Source: Planctomycetota bacterium
GTDB taxonomy: Bacteria > Planctomycetota > UBA1135 > GCA-002686595
Assembly: GCA_016795205.1 (NCBI GenBank)
Contig: JAEUHZ010000045.1
Span: 1-64,000, forward strand
Direction: 5' to 3'
Length of the DNA stretch: 64,000 bases
Both the position numbers and the translations under genes were made by a program. Positions 19,771 through 30,287 of the stretch are shown here, one piece after another. Under the pieces are notes generated by a model. The model made no database searches and was not told the origin of the DNA. It saw nothing but the letters and a program-made list of their open reading frames with translations. The stretch's first letter is position 1; each line of letters starts with the position of its first letter.

Positions 19771-20637
19771 TCAGGCCGGGAACAGCTCGGCCACCAGCTC
19801 GGCGATCGCAGTGCCCTCGTTGTGCGGCAGCAGCCGGTGCGCGGCCGCGATCGCCTCGGGCATGCCCGTCGCCATCGCGACCGACAGGCCCGCGGCGGCG
19901 AACATGGGCAGGTCGTTCGTCGCGTCCCCCACTGCCACGGTCTCCGCAGCGGCGATGCCGTAGGCCTCGCCGAGCGCGCGCACGCCTTCGCCCTTGCCGC
20001 GACAGGGCGGGTGCACGTCGAGCACGGACAGCGGGTTCGCGCGGTGGGTCGGCAGCGCGGAGAGCGGGAAATGCGTCAGGTACACAGGGTGCCGCAGCCA
20101 GGCCTGGGCCTCGTCGTGCAGCACGGCCGAGGTGGCGTGGCCGCGGCTGAAGAGGGTCACGCGCACGACGAACTCGACCCTGGAGAGCTCGTCGCGGGAA
20201 CGGACCGCGAGGCCCACGAGCCCCTGGAGCGACGAGCGCTCCAGCTCGTCGCGCGGCGGGCTCGCGTACTTCGCGTCGTTCGTCATGACGACCGTCAGGA
20301 GGTCTTCGCGCTCCGCGAACTCGAGAGCGCGCGCGACCGTGCGCGCCGAGAGCACGCGCTCCTCGAGCATGCGGCGTTGCACCGGACACCACAGACCGGC
20401 TCCGTTGAACGTCACGGCCGGGGTCTGCAAGCCGATCTCGTCGACGATCGGGATCGTGGAGGCCGTGGAGCGCCCCGTGGCGATCATCACGCGGCCCCCG
20501 CGCGCCTCCAGGTCGCGCAGCGCGCGCGCGTTCTCGGGATGCACGCGGCCCGCCTCGTCGAGCAGGGTGCCGTCGAGGTCGAGCAGGATGGCGCGGTAGC
20601 GCGCGGGCCTCGCGGAGGAGAGCGGAGCGTGGATCAC
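19771..20637 (-). CDS. HAD-superfamily hydrolase, Cof-like (HAD-IIB). Putative GTG start.
   Basis: AILLDLDGTLLD (motif I), MIATGRS (motif II), GKGEGV and AVGDATNDLPMF (motif IV). Confidence 0.8.
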   Translation of the reverse strand: MIHAPLSSARPARYRAILLDLDGTLLDEAGRVHPENARALRDLEARGGRVMIATGRSTASTIPIVDEIGLQTPAVTFNGAGLWCPVQRRMLEERVLSARTVARALEFAEREDLLTVVMTNDAKYASPPRDELERSSLQGLVGLAVRSRDELSRVEFVVRVTLFSRGHATSAVLHDEAQAWLRHPVYLTHFPLSALPTHRANPLSVLDVHPPCRGKGEGVRALGEAYGIAAAETVAVGDATNDLPMFAAAGLSVAMATGMPEAIAAAHRLLPHNEGTAIAELVAELFPA

Positions 20638-20647
20638 GATCCAGGCA

Positions 20648-23620
20648 TCATGGCACCTGGAGCACGGCGCGAGCCAGCTTCGCGACCTCGACCTCGACCT
20701 CGACCTCGCCCAGAGGCGTGGAGAGCCCCTGGCGGTCCCGCCGCGAGAGACGCAGCGCGTGCCGGCCCGGCACGATCGAGGCGACGGTCTCGGCGGGGTC
20801 CCACTTCGAGAGCCACACGCGGCGCAGGACGCGCTCGCCCTCCTGCTCACGCGCCACGATCTCGACCTGGTAGCCGTGGTCCTCGAGCAGCGCGCCTTGC
20901 AGCGTGAGCTCGACACGCCCCGCGCGGCGCAGCACGAAGTCTGCGCCGCCGCGTACCTCGCCCGGGGCCAGCGTGATCGGCTCCAGGCTGCGGCCCTCGA
21001 CGTCTTCCCCACGGGCCGAGACGGAGAGAGGCTGGCTGTCCACCAGGCCGCGCAGCAGGTAGTTCCCGCGGGCGTCCGTGCGCGCCGCGCGAGCTCCGCC
21101 CCCCGCGCGCCGCTCGAGCCTGGGCTGGCCGCGGTCGTCGACGCCCAGGACGAGCGGCTGGGGGGGCTCCATTTCGATCGCGGCACCCAGGCGCTCGACC
21201 TGGATGCGCACGCCGGCGATCGGCAGGCCCTCGGGGTCGGTCACGCGTCCGCGGATCTCGTTCGCGTCGAGCGTGAAGTCCGCGAGCTGCTCGCCCGCGC
21301 CCAGCACGAGGCGCTGCTCGAGCGGCATGCGGCGATCGGGGTGGTGCACGAGCGCGAGGTAGGTCCCGGTGCGACGGTTCTCGATCCGGTACTCGCCGCG
21401 GTGGTTGGTCCGCGCAGCGAACGGGTCCTGGCCGTCGCCCGCCCAAGTCCAGCCGGACTCGCGGCCCTCGACCCAGGGCACGAGCTTCACGACCGCGCCC
21501 TCCAGCACCCGCCCGCCCTCGCGCACGACGCCCGCGAGGGTGCCGCGTGGCGGGGCGACGAAGTCGATGCGCAGGTCGGAGGACTCGGCCAGCGAGACTT
21601 CGCGCCAGGGCTCCTCGCGGACGGCGCGGTCCGCGTCCGCCTCGAACCAGGCGGACTCGCCGTCCTCGAGCTCGAGGCGGAAGGCGTGGACGCCGCCCTC
21701 GAGCGCTTCGAAACGCGCTTCGCCGCGCCCGTCGGAGAGCACGCGAGCAAAGCGCTCCTGGCCGCGGTCGACCGGCAGCCGGGCCGGACGGTGACCGACC
21801 GGCGCGCCAGCCACGGCGCGACCCGCGCCGTCGTGCACGACGACGGTGACGCGCGCGCCGCGGCGCAGGACCAGGCGCGCGGCGTGGTCCGCGTCGCGCG
21901 GCTGCCGCGCTTCGACGGCCACGGCCGGTGCGAAGCCGGGAGCCGTGGCCGTGAGGCGCGCGAGCCGACCGGGGTAGCCGGCCAGCACGGCGCGGCCGTC
22001 CTCGTCCGTGCGCGCGGTGCGCACCTGCACCTCGCCCGAGAGATCCTGGCGGTCGGGGGTTCGGGCCCACTGCTCGAGCCGCTCGGGGCCCTCCGCCGTG
22101 ACCAGCACGCGCGCGCCCTCGACGGCCAGGTCCTGCTCGTCGACCACCGTGATCACCAGCCGGCGCTCGGCGACGACCCGGATCTCGCCCAGGTCGATCT
22201 CTGTCCCGTCGACCAACACCAGGTCCTTGCGCTCGAAGTCCACGCGCCCCGGAGCCGAGATGCGCAACCAGGCCGGGCGCCCCGGCGGCGGCGCGCGCGG
22301 TTCCGCGCAGCGCAGCTCGCCTCCCGGCCAGGCGCGTTGGACCTCGTTGCGCTCGTCGCGCAGCACCCGGAAGCGCCCGACGCCCCACCACACGACGAAC
22401 TCCTCGAGGGGCTCGCCGGTCGCGTCGTCGACGACCCGCGCCTTGAGGCCCGCGTCGGCGTCGACGACGAACTCCATCGAGGACGAGGGCGCACTGACAT
22501 TGCGCGCGCCGGCCACGTGCCAGACCTCCCCGCGCTTCACCGCAAGCGTCAGCCGGTAGGCCTCTCCGGCGAGGAGCCCCTCGACGCGGAAGGTCCCGTC
22601 GGGTCCCACGACCGCCGTGCGTGGCCGCGCCTCGATCACGGCGTCCCCGTCCTCAGGCTGTGGCTCCTCGGTCGAGGCCTGGGTCGCATCCGCTGCCGGC
22701 GCAAGGCGGCGCGCCACGACACGCATCGCGCCGGCCAGGACGCCGGGCTTCAGGCGCACGCGACCCGAGATCGCGGCCCCGGGCTCGAGCCGGACGACGA
22801 AGCCCGCGAGCTCCTCGCCCGCTCGCTGCGTGCGGCCGGCGACGCGCGCCAGCGCCGAGCCCTCGCGCACGAACAGCAGCTCGAAGGGCCCCGGCGCGAG
22901 CTCGTCGACGCGGAATCGTCCGGCCGCGTCCGTCTCGGCCACCGGCACGCCGTGGCCGGGGATCGAGAGCGCGCCGCCCGACGCCAGCGCGTCGGCCGCC
23001 ACGAGCACGCGCACGCCCGGGGCCGGCGCGCCGCCGGCCTGCAGCACGACGCCCGCGACGGCCGCCCCGGGATCGAGCGCGATGTCGCCCAAGTCCAAGT
23101 CGTCCTGGCGCAGCTCGCCCAGCGCTTCACGGTACGTCGGCGCGCGGCCCGCGGCGCGTGCCACGAGCCGCACGCGCCCGGGGAGCAGCGCGTCGAACGC
23201 GAAGCGCCCCTCGGCGTCCGTCTCGGCGCGCGCGACGTCGAGCCAGCGGCCGGCGAAGGCCTCCCGCTCCAGGTCGAGCGGCACGCGTGCCCATTGCGAG
23301 CTCGTCGTGGCCCACACGCGCGCCCCGCCCAGCGGGCGGCCCGCCGCGTCGACGACGCGCCCGGTGACGCGCGGGCGGGGCTTCGGTCGGCGCCGCGGGA
23401 CGAGGGCGGGCTCGGGCACAGGCTCGATCGCCGTGCGTGTCGGGCGCGCGGCGCCTGCGCCGGGCTCCGGATCGAGCGCCGCGCCGGTCGACTCCGGACC
23501 GACGCCCACGCGGCCCGCAGCCAGGCTCGCGCGCGAGCCGGCACCAGGGTCGAGCAGGGCCAGTGCAGCGATGAGGCCGGCGGCCAGCAGCGCCAGGAGG
23601 ACGAGAGGGCGTGAGCGCAC
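20648..23620 (-). CDS. Large secreted protein built of ~10 tandem carboxypeptidase-regulatory-like (CarboxypepD_reg/Ig-like beta-sandwich) domains. Putative GTG start.
   Basis: 990 aa. Recurring ~85-aa units of type GRVVDxxGxPxxGArVxv...TDAxGRFxxxxLxPGxxxL (for example VTGRVVDAAGRPLGGARVWA...TDAEGRFAFDALLPGRVRLVA). Signal-like N-terminus (V)RSRPLVLLALLAAGLIAALALL chosen over the Arg-rich upstream ATG. Confidence 0.7.
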   Translation of the reverse strand: MRSRPLVLLALLAAGLIAALALLDPGAGSRASLAAGRVGVGPESTGAALDPEPGAGAARPTRTAIEPVPEPALVPRRRPKPRPRVTGRVVDAAGRPLGGARVWATTSSQWARVPLDLEREAFAGRWLDVARAETDAEGRFAFDALLPGRVRLVARAAGRAPTYREALGELRQDDLDLGDIALDPGAAVAGVVLQAGGAPAPGVRVLVAADALASGGALSIPGHGVPVAETDAAGRFRVDELAPGPFELLFVREGSALARVAGRTQRAGEELAGFVVRLEPGAAISGRVRLKPGVLAGAMRVVARRLAPAADATQASTEEPQPEDGDAVIEARPRTAVVGPDGTFRVEGLLAGEAYRLTLAVKRGEVWHVAGARNVSAPSSSMEFVVDADAGLKARVVDDATGEPLEEFVVWWGVGRFRVLRDERNEVQRAWPGGELRCAEPRAPPPGRPAWLRISAPGRVDFERKDLVLVDGTEIDLGEIRVVAERRLVITVVDEQDLAVEGARVLVTAEGPERLEQWARTPDRQDLSGEVQVRTARTDEDGRAVLAGYPGRLARLTATAPGFAPAVAVEARQPRDADHAARLVLRRGARVTVVVHDGAGRAVAGAPVGHRPARLPVDRGQERFARVLSDGRGEARFEALEGGVHAFRLELEDGESAWFEADADRAVREEPWREVSLAESSDLRIDFVAPPRGTLAGVVREGGRVLEGAVVKLVPWVEGRESGWTWAGDGQDPFAARTNHRGEYRIENRRTGTYLALVHHPDRRMPLEQRLVLGAGEQLADFTLDANEIRGRVTDPEGLPIAGVRIQVERLGAAIEMEPPQPLVLGVDDRGQPRLERRAGGGARAARTDARGNYLLRGLVDSQPLSVSARGEDVEGRSLEPITLAPGEVRGGADFVLRRAGRVELTLQGALLEDHGYQVEIVAREQEGERVLRRVWLSKWDPAETVASIVPGRHALRLSRRDRQGLSTPLGEVEVEVEVAKLARAVLQVP

Positions 23621-23684
23621 GGTCGGGAGGTCCGGCCTCGAAGCTACACCTCCGGTCCGTGTCCGGGTATCCCGCCCCGTGCGC

Positions 23685-26600
23685 TCACGCGCCGCGCACG
23701 TCCAGCGTGATCTGCCCCGGCGTCCCGACCGAGAGCTCGACGGTCTGCTCCACCGGCGTGGCCGTGCTGTCGCCCGGACCCGTGCCGAGCGGACGCGCCG
23801 TGACACGCCAGCGGCCGGGCTTCAGTCCCTGGAAGCGGACGCGGCCGTCGCCCCGCGTGATCTCGAACTTCGTGTCGCGATCGGTCTCGTCGACGAGCTC
23901 CGCGCGCACCTCGCACGGCGTGGCCGGCGAGCCGTCCGGTCGGCGGCACAGGACCTCCAGGCTGGCGCCCTGCCGCGCCACGAGGTCGACGCCCGCGCGC
24001 GTCCCGTCGACCGGGACGCGCACGACCTCGCTCTCCACGCGCTGCACGCCCTGTCCGGAGGCCGTGACGACCAGGTCCGTATCGGGGCTCACGCCGCGCA
24101 GGCGGTAGCGACCCTCGGCGTCCGTGGTCACCGTGCCACCGCCGCCGCCGCCGAACGAGACCGGCCCGTCGCCCGCGTCGACCGCGAACACGAACTCGCG
24201 CCGCGACACTCCGCCGCCGCCACGGCGCTCCGCGCGCACGCGCAAGCCCGCGACGCCTTGCCCCTGCTCGTCGACCACGCGTCCTTCGAGGATCGAGAGC
24301 GGGAGCTCGACGTTCTCGCGCGTCTCCCCCGTCCGCACGCGCAGCTCGAGCTCGTGCGCCATCGCGCGACCGGGGTGCGCGACGGACAGCACGTACTCGC
24401 CGACCGCCACGTTCTCCAGCGCGTACTCGCCCTGCCCGTCCGTGTCGGCCCGCGGGCCCTCGCCGAGGAAGTCGAGGTCGTCGCCGCCCTTCGCGCGCAG
24501 CCGGACCGTGGCTCCGGCCAGCGGACGCCCGCCCTCGCGCACGCGGCCGGTGACGCGCGCACGCTCGGGCGCGGTGAGCACGGTCTCGTGCTGTCCACCC
24601 TCCTGGACCACGACCTCGGTCCAGGGTTCCTCGGGCGGCGCTTCACTGCTCCCGCTGCGCGCCAGCGCCACGCGCATCGCGCCGCCGCCGGCGCCGAAGA
24701 TGCGCGGCGCGTCGCTCGCGGCGAGCCGCACCGCGTGTGTGCCCGGGCTCAGCCGGGACAGCGTCACCCGCCCCTCGGCGTCGGTGACGGGCGCGCCCCC
24801 CGGTCCCAGGAAGGCGGGCTCGTCCCCGGCACCAGGCGCCTGATGCTCGATGGCCTGACCGACGACCGGCGCGCCGCGCGGATCGACGACCCGCACCACG
24901 AGCGTGCCGCCGGCCGACAGCGCCAGCGCGCGTTCGACGTCCGCGCCGCGCGGCAGGTCGATCGGCTCCGTCACGAGCTCGGCGTGCTCCGCGTGGGTGA
25001 CACGGATCCGGGCCCGCGAGCCCGGCAGGCTCGAGACGCGCGCGAGGCCCTGCGCGTCCGTGCGCGCGCGTTGGGCCGCGCCCCCACCGAACTCGAGCCC
25101 GTCGTCGTCGTCGCCGCCGAGTCCAGCGCGGAACGTGAAGCTCCGTGCGCCGCCTGGGCCGCCCGCCTCGTCGCGCACTGCCTCGAGCGTCACGCGCGCG
25201 CCGACGACGGGCGCGCCGGAGGCCGCCGACGTGACGCGCACGGTGACGACCGAGGTGCGCTCCAGGCGCACGACGCCCAGATCGTTGTCCTGCCCCTCGA
25301 CGACGCGCACGTCCGTGCGCTCCCAAGGTGCGTAGCCCGCCGCCTCGACCCGCACCGTGACCTGCGGGGCCCCGCTGCTCGCGGCGCCGCGCCCGCCGAA
25401 GCCCATCCCGGACACGCGCAGGCCGCCGTAGCGCACCCGGCCCTCGGGGAAGTTGCGCACCGCCCGGTTGCGCTCGTCGGTGAGCGGCGCGGCGAAGCGC
25501 GCCCCCGCCGCCACGCTCATGTCCGTGATCGGCGCGCCGCTCGTGGCGTCGACGACCTGGAACACGAGCGCGGTCTCGGCCCGGTACGCGAGCTCGACGC
25601 CGCGCTCCCCAGCGACCGCCTCGACGGTGTTCGAGCGCGTCGGGCTGCGCAGCATCGCCCCGAAGCCCTGCGTCGCGAGCCGCGCCGAGAGGCGCACCCG
25701 GGCCTCCTTGCGCAGTCCCCTCACGACGAAGCTGCCGTCGGCCGCGACCGGCGCCAGGCGCTGGCCGAGCCCGGGCCCGAAGTCGCCTCCGAAGCCAGGC
25801 CCGCCGGGGATCGCCGCGACGCGCAGCAGCGTGGCCTCGGCCGGCGGCGCACCCGAGAGACGCCCGGAGATCTCGAAGCCCTCCTCGAGCTGGATCACGA
25901 GCCCGCGCACGATCTCGCCGGGGCGGGTCGTCTCGCCGCTCTCGTCCTTGTCGGGCGCCGCCTCCGAGGTGACGCGCAGGCTCCACGGGCCGGCGGCCAG
26001 CACGTCGACGCGGAACGCGCCCTGGGCGTCGGTGCGCGCCGCGACGGCGCCGCCGCGGCCGGCGAACAACGCCATGGGGCCCGACGCGGCGCGGCGGCGG
26101 CGCAGCTCGGCGCCCTCCACGGGCCGGCCGAGGTGGTCCACGACGCGCCCCTCGACGACGACGCCGCGCTGGACCACGAGATCGCCCAACTCCGGCTTCG
26201 ACTCGGACAGCGGGCGCTCGACGTCGAGCGGCGCGAAGCCTGCGGCGCGCACCGCGAGCCGGACGCGCGCCTCGGCACGCGGCTCCAGCGCGAAGCGACC
26301 CTCGGCATCCGTGCGCGTCTCGACGCGGCGCATCCAGGGCATCTCGAGCGGGTCGACCTCGTCGAGCGCGAGCTCGTCGAACCCGCTCGTGCCCGCGGCC
26401 AGGACCAGCGCCCCGGGCACCGGCCGACCGGACTCGTCGAGCACGCGGCCCGTGACCCGGCGCGCGCGTCCCGGCGCGTCCGCGGTGGTCGCGGCCGCCT
26501 GAGCCCCCTCGCTCGCGCTGCCGCTCTGGACAGCGCGCGCAGCGCCGACCTGCGCGACGTCGGCGATCTCCGCCGGCGTGCGCAGAGGCTCGGCCGTGAG

Positions 26601-26723
26601 CGGCGCACCGCCGCTCTCCGCGACCAGAGTCGGCGCGCTGCCGGATCCGGTGAAGAACAGCAAGGCGCCGAGGAGGGCGAGGACGAGCGCGGCGAGCGCG
26701 AAGAGGACGGGGATCGGGCGCAT
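23685..26723 (-). CDS. Large secreted protein built of tandem carboxypeptidase-regulatory-like domains (paralogue of the preceding gene)
   Basis: 1012 aa. Signal peptide MRPIPVLFALAALVLALLGALLFF. Repeats such as VTGRVLDESGRPVPGALVLAAG...TDAEGRFALEPRAEARVRLAV and ITGRVREGGRPLAGATVRLRA...TDGQGEYALENVAVGEYVLSV. Confidence 0.7.
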   Translation of the reverse strand: MRPIPVLFALAALVLALLGALLFFTGSGSAPTLVAESGGAPLTAEPLRTPAEIADVAQVGAARAVQSGSASEGAQAAATTADAPGRARRVTGRVLDESGRPVPGALVLAAGTSGFDELALDEVDPLEMPWMRRVETRTDAEGRFALEPRAEARVRLAVRAAGFAPLDVERPLSESKPELGDLVVQRGVVVEGRVVDHLGRPVEGAELRRRRAASGPMALFAGRGGAVAARTDAQGAFRVDVLAAGPWSLRVTSEAAPDKDESGETTRPGEIVRGLVIQLEEGFEISGRLSGAPPAEATLLRVAAIPGGPGFGGDFGPGLGQRLAPVAADGSFVVRGLRKEARVRLSARLATQGFGAMLRSPTRSNTVEAVAGERGVELAYRAETALVFQVVDATSGAPITDMSVAAGARFAAPLTDERNRAVRNFPEGRVRYGGLRVSGMGFGGRGAASSGAPQVTVRVEAAGYAPWERTDVRVVEGQDNDLGVVRLERTSVVTVRVTSAASGAPVVGARVTLEAVRDEAGGPGGARSFTFRAGLGGDDDDGLEFGGGAAQRARTDAQGLARVSSLPGSRARIRVTHAEHAELVTEPIDLPRGADVERALALSAGGTLVVRVVDPRGAPVVGQAIEHQAPGAGDEPAFLGPGGAPVTDAEGRVTLSRLSPGTHAVRLAASDAPRIFGAGGGAMRVALARSGSSEAPPEEPWTEVVVQEGGQHETVLTAPERARVTGRVREGGRPLAGATVRLRAKGGDDLDFLGEGPRADTDGQGEYALENVAVGEYVLSVAHPGRAMAHELELRVRTGETRENVELPLSILEGRVVDEQGQGVAGLRVRAERRGGGGVSRREFVFAVDAGDGPVSFGGGGGGTVTTDAEGRYRLRGVSPDTDLVVTASGQGVQRVESEVVRVPVDGTRAGVDLVARQGASLEVLCRRPDGSPATPCEVRAELVDETDRDTKFEITRGDGRVRFQGLKPGRWRVTARPLGTGPGDSTATPVEQTVELSVGTPGQITLDVRGA

Positions 26724-26955
26724 GGGGCGGGCCGCGCACGGGCGCGGAAATGGGGGCTGTCCCCTGGCCGCGCCTCGCAGGGAGAGGGCGGCGCTGCCCG
26801 GGACGGAGAGCGTACGGGATCGAACCGGCGACAGTTTGTAAGGGCTCGCGTCCCGGGGGAACGGGGCCGGTCGCGTCCCTTGCAGGTGCGGTGGAAGAGC
26901 GGTGAGATGCAGGGGTCGCGACCGGCTCCCGCGCGACCTCCAAGGACGCTGAATC

Positions 26956-28554
26956 ATGCTGCTCGTCCCCTCGATCCACCGCGCCCTGGCTCCCGCCGCC
27001 GTGCTGCTCCTGGGTGGGCTGGCCCTGGCCCAGGTGCCCAAGGTCGGACGGCACTACGAACGCCCGGACCTGGGCTTCCGCGTCAAGACGCCCGCCGACT
27101 GGGACCTGGTGCCGCCCCAGCCCGGCGACCCGCACATGCTGGTCAAGTTCGATCCGCCGAACACGAAGTACGTGGAGACCGGGCCGGGCTACGGGGACCG
27201 GGTGTTCCTCTCGTGCTGGCTGGTCCAGTTCGACCGGCGCCCGAAGGACGAATCCGAGAAGTCGCGCTTCACGCGCAAGCCGCTCAAGGACGTGGTGGAG
27301 TGGGTCCAGAAGGCGGGCGAGGTCGAGGAAGGCTCCAAGCACAAGCTCGACGGGAAGAAGGAGCTCAACGTCGGCGGCAAGGTGCCGGCCATCGAGTACG
27401 TCCTCACCACGCCCGGCGAGGAGAAGACCTCGAAGCGGGTCTACGCCATGCAGTACGCGCTGGCGCCCGACCTCGACGTGGCGATCGTGTTCACGGCGCC
27501 CGGCGCCAAGTCGAAGTGGCCCAAGTACGAGAACGTCTTCGAGCAGATGGCGAAGTCGCTCTTGCGCCTGGAGCTCTCGGCCGCCGGCGCAGGACCGGGC
27601 GCGGACGCGCCGCTGCGCGAGCGCGAGCGCGAGAAGCTCCAGAAGAGCCTCGCGGCGCTCGGCGGGGGCTGGAAGCTGCACGAGACGCCGAACTACTTCG
27701 TCGTGACGCCGCACACCGATCGCGCCTTCGTGACCGAGCTCTGCGACCGGCTCGAGGCGATCCGCGCCGTGTACGAGGTCGACTACCCCTACGAGAAGGC
27801 CAAGGAGCTGCGCGAGGCCGGGGCGGCCGCGCAAACCGGGCTCTCGGAGGCCGAGAAGAAGAAGAAAGAGCTCGAGAAGAAGGCCATGGACGAGCTGTTC
27901 GGCGGCGCGGACAGCCGCGAGCTGTCGCGTTGCTCCGTGGTCCGCGTCTTCACCGACCGCGAGAACTACCACAGCTACGGCGGCCCCCCGGGCTCGGCCG
28001 GCTATTGGAGCGCGTTCCACCGCGAGCTCGTCCTCTACGACGACCAGGCCGGCGGCGGACGCAACGACACGTGGATCGTCCTGAACCACGAGGCGTTCCA
28101 CCAGTACATCTTCTACCTGTACGGGAACATCAGCCCCCACAGCTGGTACAACGAGGGCACCGGCGACTTCTACAGCGGCCTCGAATACAAGAACAAGCGC
28201 TTCACCCTGAAGCCCAACCTGTGGCGGCGGGACACGATCAAGGCCGCAGTCCAGCAGGGCAAGCACGTTCCGCTCGCCGACTTCGTGCGCTGGTCGCAGG
28301 CCGAGTACTACGGCAACAACAAGCTGGGTGTCGACGGCGGCCAGAACTATGCCCAGGGCTGGTCGTTCATCTACTTCCTGCGCACGGGCAAGAAGAACTT
28401 CCCGAAGGGCTGGGACGCGTCCTGGGATGGCATCCTGGACACCTATTTCCGCGTCCTGGCGATGTCGAGCGACCTCGATCAGGCCGTGAGCGAGGCCTTC
28501 CAGGGGATCGACATGGAGAAGCTCCAGAAGGCCTGGGAAGCCTCGACGAAGTGA
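26956..28554 (+). CDS. DUF1570-type secreted protein with an M1-like gluzincin signature (putative metallopeptidase)
   Basis: 532 aa. Signal peptide MLLVPSIHRALAPAAVLLLGGLALAQ. VLNHEAFHQY...SWYNEGTGDFY gives HExxH-x18-E, as in M1 HELAHQW...LWLNEGFA. KE-rich coiled segment in the middle. Confidence 0.65.
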   Translation: MLLVPSIHRALAPAAVLLLGGLALAQVPKVGRHYERPDLGFRVKTPADWDLVPPQPGDPHMLVKFDPPNTKYVETGPGYGDRVFLSCWLVQFDRRPKDESEKSRFTRKPLKDVVEWVQKAGEVEEGSKHKLDGKKELNVGGKVPAIEYVLTTPGEEKTSKRVYAMQYALAPDLDVAIVFTAPGAKSKWPKYENVFEQMAKSLLRLELSAAGAGPGADAPLREREREKLQKSLAALGGGWKLHETPNYFVVTPHTDRAFVTELCDRLEAIRAVYEVDYPYEKAKELREAGAAAQTGLSEAEKKKKELEKKAMDELFGGADSRELSRCSVVRVFTDRENYHSYGGPPGSAGYWSAFHRELVLYDDQAGGGRNDTWIVLNHEAFHQYIFYLYGNISPHSWYNEGTGDFYSGLEYKNKRFTLKPNLWRRDTIKAAVQQGKHVPLADFVRWSQAEYYGNNKLGVDGGQNYAQGWSFIYFLRTGKKNFPKGWDASWDGILDTYFRVLAMSSDLDQAVSEAFQGIDMEKLQKAWEASTK

Positions 28555-30287
28555 GGCGCTCCGCCCCGGCCGTCGCGCACAGCCCGCGCTGGCCGCGCCT
28601 TGCTCGCGCCGCGCTGGCGTTGCTGCTCCTGGCCCCGGTCGCGGCGGCGGATCGCGTCCTGACCGTCGACGGCCGCGTGCTGACGCCCAAGAAAGCCCGC
28701 GCCGAGGGCGCTGGCTACCGCCTCGAGTTCGAGCACGGGACGATCCTGCTTCCCGACAAGTCGCTGATCGCCTCGGCCGAGATCGAGGGCGACATGTCGG
28801 ACTACGTCCCCGCCAACGACGACGAGCGCGAGAAGCTGGCCCAGGGGTTCGTGAAGTACCGCGGGCGCTGGATGTCGCGCGCCGGCTACCAGGAGGAGCT
28901 GCGCAAGCAGTCCGAGGAGAGCCGCAGGCGCACCGAAGAGCTGGCCCAGCACTCGGACTGGGCCAGCGCCTGGGAGAAGGAGACCCAGCACTTCCGCCTG
29001 CGCTCGAACACGAGCCCCGAGATCCTGGCGTACTACGCCGAGCTGCTCGAGACGTTCTACGCGCTCATGGACGAGAAGATCGGCATCAATCCGACGCCCT
29101 CGCTGCGGCGCACGAAGATGCAGGTCAACATCTTCAAGAGCCACGAGGAGTTCCTGTCCGTGACCAGCCCGGGCAGCGGCGCGGTCCTGGGCTTCTTCTC
29201 CCCGATGGCGAAGTCGTTGAACTTCTTCCACGACTACGCCGAGCCGGCACGCTCCGAATGGGTCGCGCTGCACGAGTGCACGCACCTCCTGACCTTCCTC
29301 ATCGACCCCCAGTACCTCCCGCAGATCTGGCTCAACGAGGCGGTCGCCGACTACTTCGGCAGCTCGAAGGTCTATCGGGACAAGAAGGGCAAGCTGCGCA
29401 TCGAGCCGGGCGAGGTCCAGCTCGACCGCACGTTGACGGTCCAGCAGGCCATCAAGAACCTGGGCTCCGCGACCGGCGAGGTGCGGGCCCAGCCCAAGGG
29501 CGCGCGCGACGATCCGGCCTCGCGGCCCTTCACGAAGCTCGAAGCCCTGTTCCTCCTGACGCGCGACCAGTTCGACGGCTTCCAGTACGCGCACGCTTGG
29601 TCGTTCGTCTACTTCCTCCAGAACGGCGCCGGCGGCAAGTACAGGAAGCCCTTCGACCGCTTCTTCAAGGGCTTGTACACGCTGGAGAAGGGCCTCCCCT
29701 ACTCGGTCGAGAACGTCGGCGGCGCGGTGCCCGAGATGGGCGGCGTCGGGAAGCTGGTCGCGGCCAAGGACATCCGCGCCTACTTGCTCAAGCAGCTCAA
29801 GGTCAAGGACGTCGAGACCCTGGAGCGCGAGTGGCGCGAGTTCATCGCCGCCATCCCGGTGCAGGGCCCCGAGGCCGTGCTCAAGCGCGGCATGCTCGCC
29901 GTGCGCCAGATGGAGTACGAGGACGCGCTCCCCGACCTCGACGCCGCGATCGACGGCGGCACGCAGGACCCACGCGCCTGGGCCTTCCGCGCCCGTGCGC
30001 ACGCGGGCACGGGTGCCACGGACAAGGCGCTCGCTGACTACCGGACCGCGATCGAGAAGGATCCGCTCGCGGCCGCGGTGCGCTACGAGTACTCGCGCCT
30101 GCTCGTGGGCCGCCCGGTCGTGCGCCCGCCGCGCTCGGCGGGTGGGAGCGGCGCCTCGCTCGAGATCGGAGAGGCTCCCGACGCTCCCAAGCTGGCCCAT
30201 GCCGAGGCCCGCGCCCAGGCCGGCTTGGCCTCCGAGCTCGATCCCGACAACGACCGCTTCCGCTCCTGGCTCCAACGCTTCGAATGA
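28551..30287 (+). CDS. DUF1570-type secreted protein, paralogue 2, with gluzincin signature and C-terminal TPR-like helical region
   Basis: 578 aa. GTG start overlaps the upstream stop (GTGA). ALHECTHLL...IWLNEAVADYF gives HExxH-x18-E. C-terminal helical repeats (AVRQMEYEDALPDLDAAI..., ADYRTAIEKDPLAAAVRYEYSRLL). Confidence 0.6.
   Translation: MRRSAPAVAHSPRWPRLARAALALLLLAPVAAADRVLTVDGRVLTPKKARAEGAGYRLEFEHGTILLPDKSLIASAEIEGDMSDYVPANDDEREKLAQGFVKYRGRWMSRAGYQEELRKQSEESRRRTEELAQHSDWASAWEKETQHFRLRSNTSPEILAYYAELLETFYALMDEKIGINPTPSLRRTKMQVNIFKSHEEFLSVTSPGSGAVLGFFSPMAKSLNFFHDYAEPARSEWVALHECTHLLTFLIDPQYLPQIWLNEAVADYFGSSKVYRDKKGKLRIEPGEVQLDRTLTVQQAIKNLGSATGEVRAQPKGARDDPASRPFTKLEALFLLTRDQFDGFQYAHAWSFVYFLQNGAGGKYRKPFDRFFKGLYTLEKGLPYSVENVGGAVPEMGGVGKLVAAKDIRAYLLKQLKVKDVETLEREWREFIAAIPVQGPEAVLKRGMLAVRQMEYEDALPDLDAAIDGGTQDPRAWAFRARAHAGTGATDKALADYRTAIEKDPLAAAVRYEYSRLLVGRPVVRPPRSAGGSGASLEIGEAPDAPKLAHAEARAQAGLASELDPDNDRFRSWLQRFE

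Noticed and set aside
22617-30287. 2556-aa ORF on the plus strand
   Set aside because: It runs antisense through both CarboxypepD_reg giants and in a non-coding frame through DUF1570-A. Only its final 578 codons (DUF1570-B, from the GTG at 28551) show protein-like composition.
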